Positions 15,395 to 30,100 of a stretch of DNA of 64,000 nt are shown here, one piece after another; position 1 is the first letter of the stretch; the number at the start of each line of letters is the position of its first letter. The translations under genes were made by a program, and so were the position numbers. The notes beneath the pieces are model-generated. The model saw only the letters and a list, made by a program, of their open reading frames with translations. It made no database searches and was not told the origin of the DNA. This DNA comes from Octopus bimaculoides (lineage: Eukaryota). The stretch is from assembly GCF_001194135.2 (NCBI RefSeq), contig NC_068981.1, positions 152,256,426-152,320,425 on the forward strand, written 5' to 3'.

Positions 15395-17532
15395 NNNNNN
15401 NNNNNNNNNNNNNNNNNNNNNNNNNNNNNNNNNNNNNNNNNNNNNNNNNNNNNNNNNNNNNNNNNNNNNNNNNNNNNNNNNNNNNNNNNNNNNNNNNNNN
15501 NNNNNNNNNNNNNNNNNNNNNNNNNNNNNNNNNNNNNNNNNNNNNNNNNNNNNNNNNNNNNNNNNNNNNNNNNNNNNNNNNNNNNNNNNNNNNNNNNNNN
15601 NNNNNNNNNNNNNNNNNNNNNNNNNNNNNNNNNNNNNNNNNNNNNNNNNNNNNNNNNNNNNNNNNNNNNNNNNNNNNNNNNNNNNNNNNNNNNNNNNNNN
15701 NNNNNNNNNNNNNNNNNNNNNNNNNNNNNNNNNNNNNNNNNNNNNNNNNNNNNNNNNNNNNNNNNNNNNNNNNNNNNNNNNNNNNNNNNNNNNNNNNNNN
15801 NNNNNNNNNNNNNNNNNNNNNNNNNNNNNNNNNNNNNNNNNTATGCATGTATGGGTACAGGACGTCACCAACAGTAAACAACATGAAATGCGAAAACAAA
15901 TGAGTTCAATATGCAAACAACGAGAGTAACAAATGGAAAACAGGATAAGTAGCACAAAGAATGACCCTTCATCAGTTGTCAGCTGTCTATCTACTCCTCA
16001 TTTCGAGCATTAAACGACAATATGAGATTTCGAAGACAGTTGCTCCCATGTACCAAAATAAAATTTGGGATTTAGGGATGGTCAAAGTTGGGAATAAAAA
16101 CAGGACAGTGGAGACATACAAGGAAACCAAAGGAAAACAAACATGGCAGATTTTTAGACCAAAACGAGTGTAAAATAGCAAACGCTGGAGAAATATTTTC
16201 TTGGACAAGAGAAAAGATAGAAGAGAGAGATAGGATACGTCCNNNNNNNNNNNNNNNNNNNNNNNNNNNNNNNNNNNNNNNNNNNNNNNNNNNNNNNNNN
16301 NNNNNNNNNNNNNNNNNNNNNNNNNNNNNNNNNNNNNNNNNNNNNNNNNNNNNNNNNNNNNNNNNNNNNNNNNNNNNNNNNNNNNNNNNNNNNNNNNNNN
16401 NNNNNNNNNNNNNNNNNNNNNNNNNNNNNNNNNNNNNNNNNNNNNNNNNNNNNNNNNNNNNNNNNNNNNNNNNNNNNNNNNNNNNNNNNNNNNNNNNNNN
16501 NNNNNNNNNNNNNNNNNNNNNNNNNNNNNNNNNNNNNNNNNNNNNNNNNNNNNNNNNNNNNNNNNNNNNNNNNNNNNNNNNNNNNNNNNNNNNNNNNNNN
16601 NNNNNNNNNNNNNNNNNNNNNNNNNNNNNNNNNNNNNNNNNNNNNNNNNNNNNNNNNNNNNNNNNNNNNNNNNNNNNNNNNNNNNNNNNNNNNNNNNNNN
16701 NNNNNNNNNNNNNNNNNNNNNNNNNNNNNNNNNNNNNNNNNNNNNNNNNNNNNNNNNNNNTATATTTACATGCATACATACATACTTTGCGTGTTTGTAA
16801 TACACTACTTTTGGTACACTAATACATTTTTATAGATTGATCAAGTTTATGTTCGTTATTAACTAGGAATATTGCAAATTTATTGGAATTCGAAGGCAAT
16901 CTTACGTATATTCTATCAACAATATTGCATTACTATAAGAAGAATATATATATATTCTCAGAAAAATCTTATTAGTCTTGATGTAATTATATCAAAGGCG
17001 CTTACCTATGCGTGATTCGGTTTCGGTAACAATTTCTGTGAAATTAACAACGCAATCAATTAAATATAGCTTACACCAATTGTTACAATAAACAAGTATT
17101 GAAGACGGAGTTCAATATAATCTATCAATAATTCAACACGGAAATATTTATCAGATACTTTCATCTCAATTTCTTCAATGAAACCTCCAAAGCATCGTAT
17201 GAATTAAAGTAAAATATTTTCATATTTCTAAAATGTTATTTCATATCGATATAGCTGTTGAAGGAGATAACATTTGCCTTTTCTCATTCAATATTTTATG
17301 ATGTTTATTCATAGAGACAGTGCGGGTTTAGCATGTATTATGTGATATGTTTAACATAGCGAAACCTAGCTGCAGAAAGTTAGATTTCATAAAAAGGCAC
17401 CTCTCCAGAAGAGGAGAAACAAGCTAAGGCATAGCAACCAGCAAATTTATCCAGACGTTCGTGTGTACGGTTGTGTACGTGTGCGTGTATTTGTGTGTGC
17501 GTGTGCGTGGGTAGGCGTACATTCCGCTATAT

Positions 17533-17575
<43 letters not shown>

Positions 17576-20500
17576 CGCGTGCGTGTGTGTGCGCGTGTAT
17601 GTGTGCGTAGGGTAATTTTGCTTCAAAATCGATATTGAATCAGTAAATTATGCATACGGGCTTTTGTAGGGAAAACGGTAACTTAGTATTAAACTACGAA
17701 CAATATCATTGCTTCTTTATTTCCAAGCTGACTGATTTATTATTTAATTCAGGAATTCCATTCTATAACGTCAAAGATATTTTAAGTAGACAAATGAAGG
17801 CGATATATTACAAAAACCTCAGTATCACACAAGCAGCGAAAACATATTTCACACCAGCAACGTCAAACTTGTACGAATTTATTATAGAAACTATAATCCA
17901 TGAAGAGAAAGCAAAAAGCAAATTATAAATAACGCAAATATTTTATTTTTAAAGCCATTGTTACTATACTTCATGCTCGCCAATACACATTTCACTTAAT
18001 ATTCAATTCAAAGTGTTGCGTGATATTCTGAAATAATAGGACACTAGCGCTTTAACGACGAAATATGCTGTATCTGCAAAGCGACTAAAATATTGTTTGG
18101 TGTATGCATCGTCATTGTGTTTGTGTGTATGTATGCGTATGTGTTTTTGTGGGCATATGAGTGCGTAAGCTTTTAGTGTGTGACTTGTTACGTGTATGTT
18201 TGTGTGATTACGAATTATACTTTAAATATCAAATCTATTACATATTTATCTATTTTACACTACTATAATCCATACATGAACACTGAAGCCAAACATAAGA
18301 AACCAGTAAAGCAGTTTTAAATCAAACTCACCAACTGTAGATTCAATTTCAGATGGTTTTTCTGAGCAAATTTTAAAATAAAGTACAATAAGTCAGCTGC
18401 TTGTTTATTTCACACAAAAATTTTAATTTATTCAGACATTTACTATATTAAAATATTTCCTGTATTTGTAATTTACTACCTTTGTTACACTATTATATTA
18501 TTTTAAAGTTTTGGCAAGTTTACGGTTAAGTGTTCAAACTTAAATATATTTCACATTAAAATTGGAATTCATTCCTCAGTATATTTTTCAGATATGCACA
18601 AGGAAACTATTTACGATACGAATTACATTAGAAGGAATGTAAATATTCTTTGATAATTATTATTAACATTTATGAAACGTGTAGTTATTTCAAAGACGCT
18701 TACCTACTCGAGATTCAGTTTCAGTAACAATTTCTGTGAAATTAACAATGCAATCAATTAACTATAGTTTACATCAATTGGTACAAACGAGTTTCAATAA
18801 AATATGTCGATAATTCTATACTGAAATATTTATCGGATACTTTCATTCAGTTTCTCCAGCAAAATTTACTATGCATTACATGAATTATAGTTCGGTATTT
18901 AATATATGATACAATACACTATGATTAAAACGTTTGTTCACACTAATGTAAATTTTATTGGTAATATGTACTTTAATAAAAGTAATAAGAATAATAATAA
19001 CACTCATAACTAAAATACAATTTATAACAACATAGAGAAAAGATTTTGTTTATGGAGGAGGGGAATCTCATTAAAAAACACACTTACCAACTGTGGCATC
19101 GACCTGAGATGGTTGTTCTAAATATGGAATGAAAGAGTGTATCAGATTTGCAGAACTTACTATGTAAAAGTGCTTATTATACATACTACTCTCTTGTTAT
19201 TGCTATTGTTTTTTTTCTTCATGGGGTGGGGGATATTGGTCAATACTGTAAAGTTCTTACGCAATATATATGTTCCAGTCTGATATATTTAGGATAACTT
19301 AGAACGTATCTGCGTTGCTTATGAAAATACGCGAGATTAAACCCTAGAGACTGTATAAATTTATCATATACTTCAATAGGAATTATTTTTCAGGCATTCA
19401 TGTGAAGCTTAGGGAATGTCGAATATAGATGTTTACTCACCTCTAGGACGCTCCTCCTGCGTCACAATATCTGTGAAATTAGTGAAATAAAATAGCAACT
19501 GAATTCCACGCATTTTAGAACTGAAAACCTAACAACGATATTTCAGCTAATTTGAAAAGAACATTAGAATATACTACTTTTACCATTATACACAACATTT
19601 GTGAGAAACTAGCTTTCCATCGTATTTTAATTCGCATCATTTATGATTTACATACTTATAAGTGTTAAAATATACAAAATATATTCATTTTTAACGTTTG
19701 TATGTCATAAAAGCCTCTGGTTTACGATAATCGAAAAGATTCTCATCATTTTTACATACGTTATATAAATAAGAAAATCACGACAAAAGCTGCACACATT
19801 CAAATGAAACTTTTAAACAGACTGGGTCTAACATTATTGATCATATTAATTTCTAAAAACCCACCCTCCAACTTACAATGAGAACATTATATGTTACTGC
19901 TTCACATATTTCATGAACTAAATATTAGAGAGAATATCCTGCGATAATTAGTTAAACATGTGAGACATAACAAGTAATGAAACTAGAAAGTACGCAAAAC
20001 TATACGAAGACGCCAAAAAGAATCTCAACGACAATCAGAAGCAAGAAATCCTAAGTGTTTAATTTCCCACTCACCAACTGTAGATTCGACTTCAGAACGT
20101 GTTTCTAGGTAAAAGAAAAGATAAATTTGTAATTCTAAGACTAACAATCACTGCGTGTGTGTGTGTGTGTGTGAGTGTTTGTAATCTTTTATTTTCAAAA
20201 TATTAACAGAGTTATTGTAAAACGTGTTGTTTTCTAATAACGCAGTTAATAGTGACAAGTAATGAGAGCAAAACATTTTTAAAAAAGAAACTAAAAACGC
20301 CTCAAAATGTTAGCATATATATATAAATTAATAATTAAGGGCACTAGTAAGTTGTACCAGCGTGCTACCTAGCGGTCAGCATGACCAAACCACAAGTTAT
20401 CACTTAAACACAAGGGTGAAAGCGGGCAAATGAACAAGAACTAAAACGATCATCGTACACATTGGTTGAGATGAATGAATTCTATAAACCTAGGTCATTA

Positions 20501-21091
20501 TTGCTCGCTGATGAAGACAAATGTTTATTTCCCAAAGTTCGAAATCACAGGTGATTCGGGTTTGTATGGCTTTCAATTTTTGATTTCTTTTTTTTTTTTT
20601 TTTTCATTATTGGGACAGGGTTCTTAGTTTTTGTTTATTTGCCCGCTTTCACCCTTGTGTTTAAGTGACAACTTATGGCTTGGTCATTCTGACCGCTAGT
20701 ACTACTTGCTGGTACTACTTGCTACTACCCTTAATTAGTACGCTGGTACTACTTGCTATTACCCTCAATTATTAATTGATACTTCATACTGTTATAGGTT
20801 TTTTTTACGCGTGCTAAACCACCGGTATTATTATAAATAATAGTATCCTCTTATATATTTAAATAACTTTTATTCACTACGGTAACCTTTTCAAATTTGA
20901 TGCTGCATTAAAAACGGTCATCGTACACATAGGTTGAGATGAAAGAATTCTATAACCCTGGATCATTATTGCTCACTGATGAGAACAAAGGGTATTTTCC
21001 TAAGTTCAAAATCACATGTGATTCGGGTATGTATGGCTTTCACTATTCGATTTTTTCGTTATAGGGACGGGGTTCTTAGTTTGCATGTATG

Positions 21092-21141
<50 letters not shown>

Positions 21142-24100
21142 ACACTCTATATAGTATGTGAGTTATAATTAATATAAAATTCTTTCAACAACAATCTATG
21201 TACAAAAATCTAGGTGGTTAACTGACATTTTATTAAACAAGTAACTCGGGAAGTTTGAAATTTTAAAACTTCAATATTGAGAATAAGATACATAGTGCGA
21301 AAGAAAATTTCACATTGGCTTACCTGTGCGAGTTACTTTTTCCGTAACAACTTCTGTAGAATTAACGAAATATGTGATAAAACACTTCGAAAGATATTTC
21401 ATGTCGGAATACATAATCATATGGCGTTTAACGAAAGAAATTACAACGCATATATAATATGAAGTTGTCCATTATACAAATTTGCATCTATGTATTTATG
21501 TGTATATATGTATATTTATATATAAATATACATGTATTTCACTATAATTATATAGAGAGACATATTAATGTTTCGCTTCTCTTCAATTATTATAAAAGCA
21601 ATTTTACATTAATGTGAAGGGCTACTCTATACTTTTGTAGTGTACAAATTTATTATTCCTAAATATTTATAGTATAGACAACGGCTTTGAAGATTCAGCC
21701 GACGATGGCTCAGCTTCCCGAAATTTCGAAGCCTTTGTCAATAGTATATAGACACATAAATATATTTATGTATATATACATATTTACCTAACGACATTAT
21801 ATATATGTGAATTTACATGAATTGATATATGTATATTTGGTAGACGGAAACTGAAAGAAGCCTGTCATATATATGTTTATAAATCAATGTGTGTGAGTCT
21901 TTGTGTTTGTTCCCACAATCACCGCTTGACAATCGGTGTTGGTATGTTTATGTCCCTGTAATCTAGCGGTTCGGTAAAAGAGACCGATAGAATAACTACT
22001 AGGCTTTAAAAATAAGTCATGGGGTTGATTTGTTCGACTAAAAGCCTTCTATGCGGCGCGGTCATATGACTGAAACAAATAAAAGGATATATATACACGT
22101 ATATTTTTGTATATATTTATGCATATGTACATGTGTGTGTGTATGTGTGTACGTATAAGTACAAATATACACATTCATATGGATATTTATGTATAAAGAT
22201 ATGTTAGAGATATTCATGTGTGTATATATGTATAATCGTATATATGGTTATATATGCATGTACTTTTATATTGTTTTCTTATAAACTTAGTACTATGAAC
22301 GCGTCCTTTACGAGGCACTAAAATGAATCACGGTTAACGTTCGTTTTTGATAGGTCTCCATGTATTTGCGAAAAGATTGAAAATATCAATGTCCACAAAT
22401 ATGAAATTAAGATATGAATTGTTGCTTATAGTATTTATAGTGTGGTCCCAGCTGTTATACAAAATATAGGAGCCTAAGGTGCACCGACGAATGTGTTGGG
22501 AATAACCAAATGGATGTAGAAAGCATCCATGCGTGTGTGTGTGTGTGTGTGTATGTGCGTGTGTGCGCGCGAGTGCGTGTGTGTGTGTGTGTGTGTGTAT
22601 TTCCATTTTGATTTATTTAGTTTTTAAATGAGATTACATGAAGGGGCGTGGGTCATAATTTCATCGTGCCTCCGACACTGCTACAATAGATGTGGTTATT
22701 GCGTTTTCCTAAAGTTTCAATTCGATGTCATCCAGAAAAAAACAGTGAGTATAAATTTCAGAAATGTGAAATTATGGTGTAGTTGGTCTACTAGTAATTG
22801 TAGGTACTGATGTGCTAGAGAATTATAGGTGCGAGAGGAGTACTGGCAAATAAATCGGGAAAATCTGGGTGGTTATGTCAAGAAGCCGACCAGCTTGAAG
22901 GAGTAGTGACCATATTTTTTAGCCGTAAAATTTACAGGTACACGAGATATCTATCCGCGAGTAAAATGTTAGTGGGTTTTAGTAATCGACTTCATGCCAG
23001 TCGGACTCGTTTTCTTTCTTTAAATTCTGTCGAGGATATATTTGTGTGTGTAATGGTTGTGCTATCCCGTATATGAACGCAGTACCCAATAGATTTACGA
23101 GAAATTCAAAACTGCTTTTAGCTCTTTTGGTCACAAGTAACTTCTGGCCATAAAATGTCAAGACTTTGAGATATAGATTTTGCTATATTGAAAATGTTCC
23201 ACTGGCCCTCAGATAACTTCAATTTATTTAAATTTGTAACGACACACAGATCTAGTTGTGTATTCATATACTAAGCGTCTGCTCTTGATTTTTCCAGTGA
23301 GTGTGAGCAGCATTATTGAAAAGAAAAGATTTGCATGTTCTCATTCAATATTCTGATGTGTCAAAGCGGCGAGCTGGCAGAAACGTTAGCACGTCGGGCA
23401 AAATGCTTAACGGTATTTCGTCTGTCTAGGTTCTGAGTTCAAATTCCGCCGAGGTCGACTTTGCCTTTCATCCTTTCGGGGTCGATAAATTAAGTACCAG
23501 TTGCGTACTGGGTTCGATCTATTCGACTGGCCCCCTCCCCAAAAATTTCGGGCCTTGTGTCTAGAGTAGAAAAGAATATTTTGATGTGTCTATTCATGAA
23601 GACAGCATAGGTTTGGCATGTTGTATCTAAATGAAATATGACACATAGCTGTGAAAAGCTAGATTTGAATGAAGGATCCCTAATTCAAAATATGTGTATA
23701 TATGCGTGTATGCTTCCGTGGGTATGAGTGTGTCGGTGATTTTTATATGTGACTCGTTATGCGTATGTTTGTGGGATTAAGCGCTGTGTTTTAGATATCA
23801 AATATATCACATATTTATGTAGTTATAAGTTTCACACTACAATAAGCTATACATGAGTACTGAAGCCAAACGTAAAAAGCCCATGAAATTTGAATTAAAC
23901 TCACCAACTGTAGATTCAATTTCAGATGGTTTTTCTGCACAAATTAAAAAAAAAAAACAATAAGGCCGTTGCTTGATTATTTACTCAAAAATGAAAATTC
24001 CTTATCGATATTTATGCAGATATTTACCTATATTTAAAAAAAGCCTTTATGTATGTAACCCACAACCCTTGTTACGCTCATGTATTTTTTTTTAAGGAGC

Positions 24101-27100
24101 GATCAAGTTTAAGATCGTTATTAACTCTTCTACAAACACTGAAAATTTATAAGAAATAGAAATCATTCTCATGTATATTCCTTCTCATAGATGCACAAGG
24201 AAACTATCAACAATATGAATTATTATAGAAGCAATGTAAATATTCTCCAAAACAATTAATATTTATGAAACTTATATAATTATTCCAAAGGCGCTTACCT
24301 ATGCGAGATTCGGTCTCAGTAATAATTTCTGTGAAATTAACAATGCATTCAATTAATAGTCTACATCAATTGTTACAATGAACAAGTATTGAGAAGATGA
24401 GTTCCAATAAAATTTATCATTAATTCGAAACAGAAATATTTATTGGATACTTTCATCATAATTTCTTCAATAAAACTTACTATGCATTACATTTAATTAG
24501 ATTTCCGTATTCAACTTATGATAGAACATGTCTTAAAAGTTATTCCACATTAATGTAGATTGTGCTACTAACGTTTATTTTTTATAAAACTAATAGCAAA
24601 ACGTAACGTTATGAATTTGTTTCACAAGATCACTGATGTAAAATCATGTGTTTAAACAGATATTGCTATATTTCAGAATGGTCATATTTTTCTTGCTAAA
24701 TAAACAGACGGCCTATATATTCGTTCTTCAATTGTTTACTATTGTTCCTATTTTATGTCCATTGTCTGGAAAAACAGAATGGACTAAACAGAACTGGAGG
24801 GGGCACGTGGGATGGAGGGTCGTTAAAGAGGTCACAGTTGTGTGAGGAAAGATTTTTAAACAATGGACATAAAATAAGAACTTCAATAAACAAGTGAAGA
24901 AGGAATATATACTGCGCGTATTTATTTGCTAATGAAAAGAAATGATCATCTCAAAATATAATAATAATGAAACTATAACTACTATAATATTAAATATTAT
25001 AAAATATATATAATTCCTAGAGTTTTTTGTGGGAAGGAGAATGTCGTTAAAAGACACTTACCAACTGTAGCGTCGACCTGAGAAGGTTGTTCTAAGTATG
25101 GAATAAAATAGGACATTAGATTTTCAGACCAAATATAGATAGAAAAACTGATATATGTGGAAAAGTAATCAGGAAATGCTGATTTACATCTTATTCTCCT
25201 AGTTTTACAGGATAAAGTGCAATATTGTAATATTCTTACACAACATATAAGTTTACAATCTAAGTTACTTATGAAGATATGCCTGTTTAAAACACTATAG
25301 ATGTAACAAACTTATCATATACAGCAATAGTTATTGCGCATCAATATTTTGCAGGCATTCATGTGAAGATATGCTAAATATTTTCAAATTACTTCATGAA
25401 ATATATGGATAATTTCGTAGACAATTACGGGTTGTGTATGAAACAAAAATTCAGGTTCATTGAGAGAATGTTGAAAATAGATGTTTGCTCACCTCTAGGA
25501 CGCTCTTCCTGCGTCACAATATCTGTGAAATTAATGAAATAATATTGCTACTGAATTTCACGCATTTCAGAATTGGAAAGTTAGCAATGATAGTTCAACA
25601 TATTTGGAAATGAGAACGTTAGAATATACTACTTCTACCATTATACGTAACATTTTAAGATACAAGTTCCCTCGTGTGCGCTAATTCACATTACTAATAT
25701 TTTAAACGCGTATAAGCATCGAATTATTGTAAATATTTTCATTTACGAAAATGTTATGTTGTTAAAAATATTTGGTTTATACAACACTTACGATCTCATT
25801 ATTTTTACATACATTATATGAATCGAACATATGATGCATAACACTGAAATGCGATAAAAGCTACGCCACATTCAAACAAAACTTTTCAACAGAGTCGATA
25901 TAATATCATAGAAAGAGTTTACATCTGATGACGTAATGTAATAGGTATGTACTATAAGTGGTCAGTTTGGTTTACCGCTAAAACTCCGGTTTGAAGTGCA
26001 ACGAAGAAAAGGTAACGTTGGGGCAGCCTATTAAAGATGGCTACAAGTGGTTTGTCCTGGAGCGGGTAAATATATATTAAAAACTGAGAATGAACAAGCA
26101 AAACACGATATTACTTTAGAGCATTTAATATATAACTTGAACATAGTGTGGAGTTGTTATAATAAATAGGCACTTATTTACTATAACTACTCAGCACTAT
26201 GTTTAGATTATAAATTAAATGCTCTAAAGTGATACCATATGATTTGCTTGTTCATTCTTTGTTTTTAATATAAATTATAGATAATATTACTTTCTACTAT
26301 CCCAACAAATACAGGTTTCTTTTTTCAACCGGTTTACAACAGGAACATAATAAGTTACTATTTCATGAACCAAATATTAGAAAGAATATCTTTGATATTT
26401 GATCAATCATATGTGCAGCACATTTATTATTTTCTAACAACATATACTAAAACAGAAAACTACATAAACATAGGAAGACATCAAGAGGAAACTCAACAAC
26501 AAGCAAAAGCAAGAAACCACTAGAGAATAATTCTGCACTCACCAACTGCAGATTCGACTTCAGAACGTGTTTCTACGTAAAAGAAAGATAACTATGTATT
26601 CCTATTAATTACGTCATGGGACTAACAAACACTAAATTTAATGAGGCTTTTTTTACAATTTTTTTTCATAATCATTTATTTCATAATTATTATCTGGACT
26701 ATATAATAAAACAAGCCTTATATATGTTACGTACACTTCATATAACATACACATATATGAACGTTACACTCTATATAATATATATGTTAGTTATACTTTG
26801 TTGCATATGAAAATTCTTTCATGACTGATGTATGTAGTAAGAAGAAATATGATTTAATTACATTTTAATATGTAAACAACTAAAAAATTTGGTGATTTTA
26901 ATATTGCTATGTTGATAGGTAGATACATAGTGTGAAGTAGAATTCTCCATTAGCTTACCTGTGCGAGTTACTTTTTCTGTAACAACTTCTGTTGAATTAA
27001 CGAAATACGTGATTAAGATACTTCAAAACATATTTCATAGCAGAATATACAATTAAACAGCGCTAACGAAAAATAATTCAATGCATGTATATATAAAGTT

Positions 27101-30100
27101 GTCTATAATACATACATTTATGCATATAAGTATGTATCTATACTTTTGTATTCATGTATTTGTGTGTGTGTGTATACAGTTACGCATGTATGTATGTATG
27201 TATGTATGTATGTATGTATGTATGTATGTACGTACACTTGCGTGTTGAGGATACAGTTGTTCTCATCTCCAATTGCTAGAGCGGATATTACAGACGGTGA
27301 AGTAGCTCTGTAGGTGCTTCGCACCCTGCCATCGTGACACCTGCACAAGCTTTGTTGAGTCAGATGTTGCGATTGTGGGCCAGATGTGTCTATCCTCCTC
27401 AATGCACTTTCCCACTCCGCCTCACATTCTCTTTCTTGAGGCAGATGTAATAGTTGGGTTTCTCATGGCTTCCAAAAGTTTTCTAACATCATTTTTCTCT
27501 CCATCAGCTAGTTCAAGAGTCCTGAGCATCGAGTGCATCTTGGTTCTGACAAATACTCTACTACCTGTCTCTGTAGAAAGTCATATTGCCTCCCATGCAT
27601 TGTTTTCACAGAGATCATTGTATTTTTTGTCTTGCCTGAGGAAAATGGTTTTGATATTTGCGTCCCAGGAAACTTCCTTTTCTTACACCACATAATAAGG
27701 TGTAAGGAAAGGAAGGTGGTAAAGTGGGAAGGGATATTAACCATCAACGTCAATAGAGACCTGCCAAATACTTTTCCTTTTTGAATCATCCTTCTTCCTA
27801 ACATTGGCTGGTTTGCGGCGTTCACCTTCCCTACAAAATTTTATCTTCCAATACTCCACTTCTTGTGGTCATTCACCGTTGTCAATTCGCCTTGCCCTCT
27901 CCGCCAATGCTCCAGTATATACTCCTGGTTTTAGTTATGCTCCATATGTAGATGTGGTTATGTCCAAACCTAGCATGAAATTGGAAAGCATGTGCTTTAA
28001 TGTTCCTGCTTTTCTGCATTTCAACAGACTACTAACCACTATTTTCTAACTTTTAGATTTGCAGAACGAAGAAGTTCATGCAATTAAAAAACCGCATTAT
28101 TTATAGGATGGCCCAATATTTTAGAGTATGAATAGTTAGTGTAGATGGTCAATGCTGCCATAATCCTTGCCTTCAGTTTATCTTTAGTCTTACATGGAAT
28201 TTTGTTGGTTTTCTGCTCAAATGCGCCCCACGCATAATAATCAAGGGGGTTACAGTCTGGGGAGTTAGGTGGCCCGATGTTGGGGGTGATGTGGTTGCAG
28301 AAATTGTCTGACAGCCATGACTGGGTTCTCTTGGTTGTTTGGCATGGTGCAAAGTCCTAGGATATATTTGTGGAATTAATACTAAATACTCTGCGCCGAA
28401 ATTGAAGAGTATTCGTAGTCTTTTTCGGTCTCAAGTAACCTTTGTATAGGAAGAAGACAGCCGGTTTTTTTCTATACTGAAAATATCCCATAAGCTACCA
28501 AAGAACTTCGAAATCTTTGAGACTTCCTATTTGTATTGACAAAAAGATTTAGGTATGTCCTCATATACTAATAGTATATTCTTGATTTTTGCAGTGAGTA
28601 TGTGTTAGTGTTGTTGAATGAAATAACATTTGATGTTCTGATTCAATGTTTTGAGATGTCTATCCATGGAGACGGGGCAAGTTTGGCATATAGTGTCTAA
28701 GTTAATATAGCGGTGCACGACTGAAGAAAGTTAGATATGAATGAAGCATCATCACTACAGGACTTAGTGTTGTTGGAATTGACAAGTAGGTTCTTTATTT
28801 TTAGGACGTATAATGGCAGGACAGATCCCAACATTCTAGAATACTTGAGTTGGCAGTCTGTCGGTCTGAGAGATCACTATCAACTCATGCTATGATGGTG
28901 TAATCTGATAGAAAACCACCTTGCCAAGAGAAGCGAGATAGCGAAGCCTAGAGATCAGCAAATTTGTCGATACATTCATGTGCTAGACGGGGTCAAAATG
29001 CGTATGTTCATATATATTAGTTTGAATGCGTGTAGTGTGTTTGCGTGCGTGTGTGTATGTTGAATCATATCAAAAGCGTGTGGACATTTCTATCTCTTTC
29101 TATGTAGGATAATTCTTCAGAAAATTGATATTTATACAATAAATGTATCAATATTTGTAATGAAAACGATAATTAGTTATTAAACTCTGAACAATATAAT
29201 GGCTGTCTATCTTATTATTTCATTCAGCCTATCCTTCTGTTCTATCGTATTGACGATATTTTAAATACACAAATGAAGACAAAATATAAACAAAATTCCA
29301 GAATCAACCAAATGAAAATGTTTTACACCAGTTAAACACGTGCAAATTCACCAAAGAAACTATAATCCTCGAAGTAAAAGCGAAAAGCAAAATATGCAAA
29401 CATTTCATTTTAAAAGCCAGCTTTGGCAAACTTCATATTCCTCAATACACAATATACGCTTACTATACAAGAATCTAATTAAAAGTACAACGTAATATAC
29501 AGAAATAATAGAACATCGATGCCCTTACAACTGTTTATGCTGTTTTCAGAATACGATACAGTGATTGATCAATGCATCGTCTGTGTGTTTGTATGTATGC
29601 GTGATTGTTTATGTGGGTGTAAGTGGGTATGAAATATTTTTGTGTGATTTGTGTGACGTGAAATATTTTTGCGCATGTTTGCGTGAGGAAGTTATATGTT
29701 TTAGATATCAAATTTATTACACATTTACGTGGTTACAGATTTCACACTACAATAATCCATACACGAACACTGAAGTCAAACATAAAAAGCCAGTGAAATT
29801 ATTTTGAATTAAACTCACCAACTGTAGATTCAATTTCAGATGGTTTTTCTGTACAAATTTTAAATATAAAATACAATGAGACAGTTGCATTTTTTCATTG
29901 ATTAATTTTTGTCAATCTATATTTATCCGGGTGTTTAGCTACTTTAAAAAACTATACGTATGTAATCCACAACTCTCTATTACGCTGATGTACTTTTAAG
30001 GATTGATCAAGTTTACGATCGTTATTAACTCTTCTACAAACATTCAAAATTTATAAGAAATGAAAATCATTCACATTATATTCCTTCGCATAAATACGCA

